Positions 24,214 to 24,559 of a DNA stretch of 24,559 nt are shown here, piece by piece. The notes under the pieces were generated by a model. It saw nothing but the letters and a program-made list of their open reading frames with translations. It ran no database searches and had not been told where the DNA came from. Numbering within the stretch: the first letter of the stretch is position 1; the number at the start of each line of letters is the position of its first letter. This stretch comes from a virus: the UHGV virus genome UHGV-0286028. One strand, written 5' to 3'. The translations under genes were made by a program, and so were the position numbers.

Positions 24214-24559
24214 TGCCAGTCGTACCAACAGTATCCGGACGTCAGGTTGAGAGTCGTGGAGTTCAGTCAGCAGGCTTGCAGACGTTTTCTCAGCAAGGTA
24301 TTGGTGATGCTTTTGTTCGGGCAGGGACAGAGGCAATTGATGTTTTGGGGCAGGCAAAACAGCGTGCCAATATCGCTCTGGCTCAGGAGGCATCTCTTAA
24401 CCTCAGTCAGATAAGCAGCGATCTGCTGAATAATCCTGAAACAGGATTGCTTAACCTGAAAGGGAAAAATGCTATTGGAAAAGGCCATGAGTATACGCAG
24501 CAGTTTGATGCTCAGGTCGAACAACTGGCTATGTCGCTGCCGGATGAACAGGCTCGTAA
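24214..24559 (+). CDS. Internal virion protein (gp15-like), 3'-truncated by the window end
   Basis: ATG 24214 with GGAGG SD; the frame stays open to the last base (MPVVPTVSGRQVESRGVQSAGLQTF ...); absent from the ORF track because it has no stop. Confidence 0.5.

Noticed and set aside
1-24559. CRISPR array, transposase/IS element, rRNA
   Set aside because: No spaced direct repeats, transposase-like ORF with terminal inverted repeats, or rRNA-like sequence was seen.
15248-24559. Calling the phage a true T7-group (autographivirus) member
   Set aside because: No single-subunit RNA polymerase is present in the window, the terminase genes precede the portal, and the phage is integrated; only the virion-module order is T7-like.

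Overview
The window is almost entirely one integrated temperate phage, read from its integrase end into the virion operon; an enterobacterial host is inferred from the lambda-P-like loader and the argU-like tRNA. Left to right: a plus-strand terminator and a P4-family tyrosine integrase (193-1443); a minus-strand early-left operon (small ORF, hypothetical, PD-(D/E)XK exonuclease, RecT/Red-beta annealase, AlpA-like excisionase, small ORF coupled to an MT-A70 adenine methyltransferase); a divergent immunity switch (dual-HTH CI-like repressor 5352-5936, Cro-like 6091-6321); replication genes (O-like, lambda-P-like loader); an accessory block (DUF1064-like, Ea22-like, DUF551, ASCH, zinc-ribbon proteins); terminase small and large subunits; a minus-strand moron island (beta-solenoid repeat protein, tRNA-Arg(UCU), about 280 bp with no credible ORF); then a structural operon whose order and sizes resemble a T7-type podovirus (7.3-like, portal, scaffold, capsid, gp11/gp12-like tail tube, internal virion proteins), cut off by the window end. 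The strongest signal read directly from the sequence is a 15-bp palindrome TTACC-N5-GGTAA present in at least 12 copies, all intergenic, at every operon start. No CRISPR array, rRNA or transposase was seen. All protein calls are by eye from motifs, size and gene order; no searches were run.
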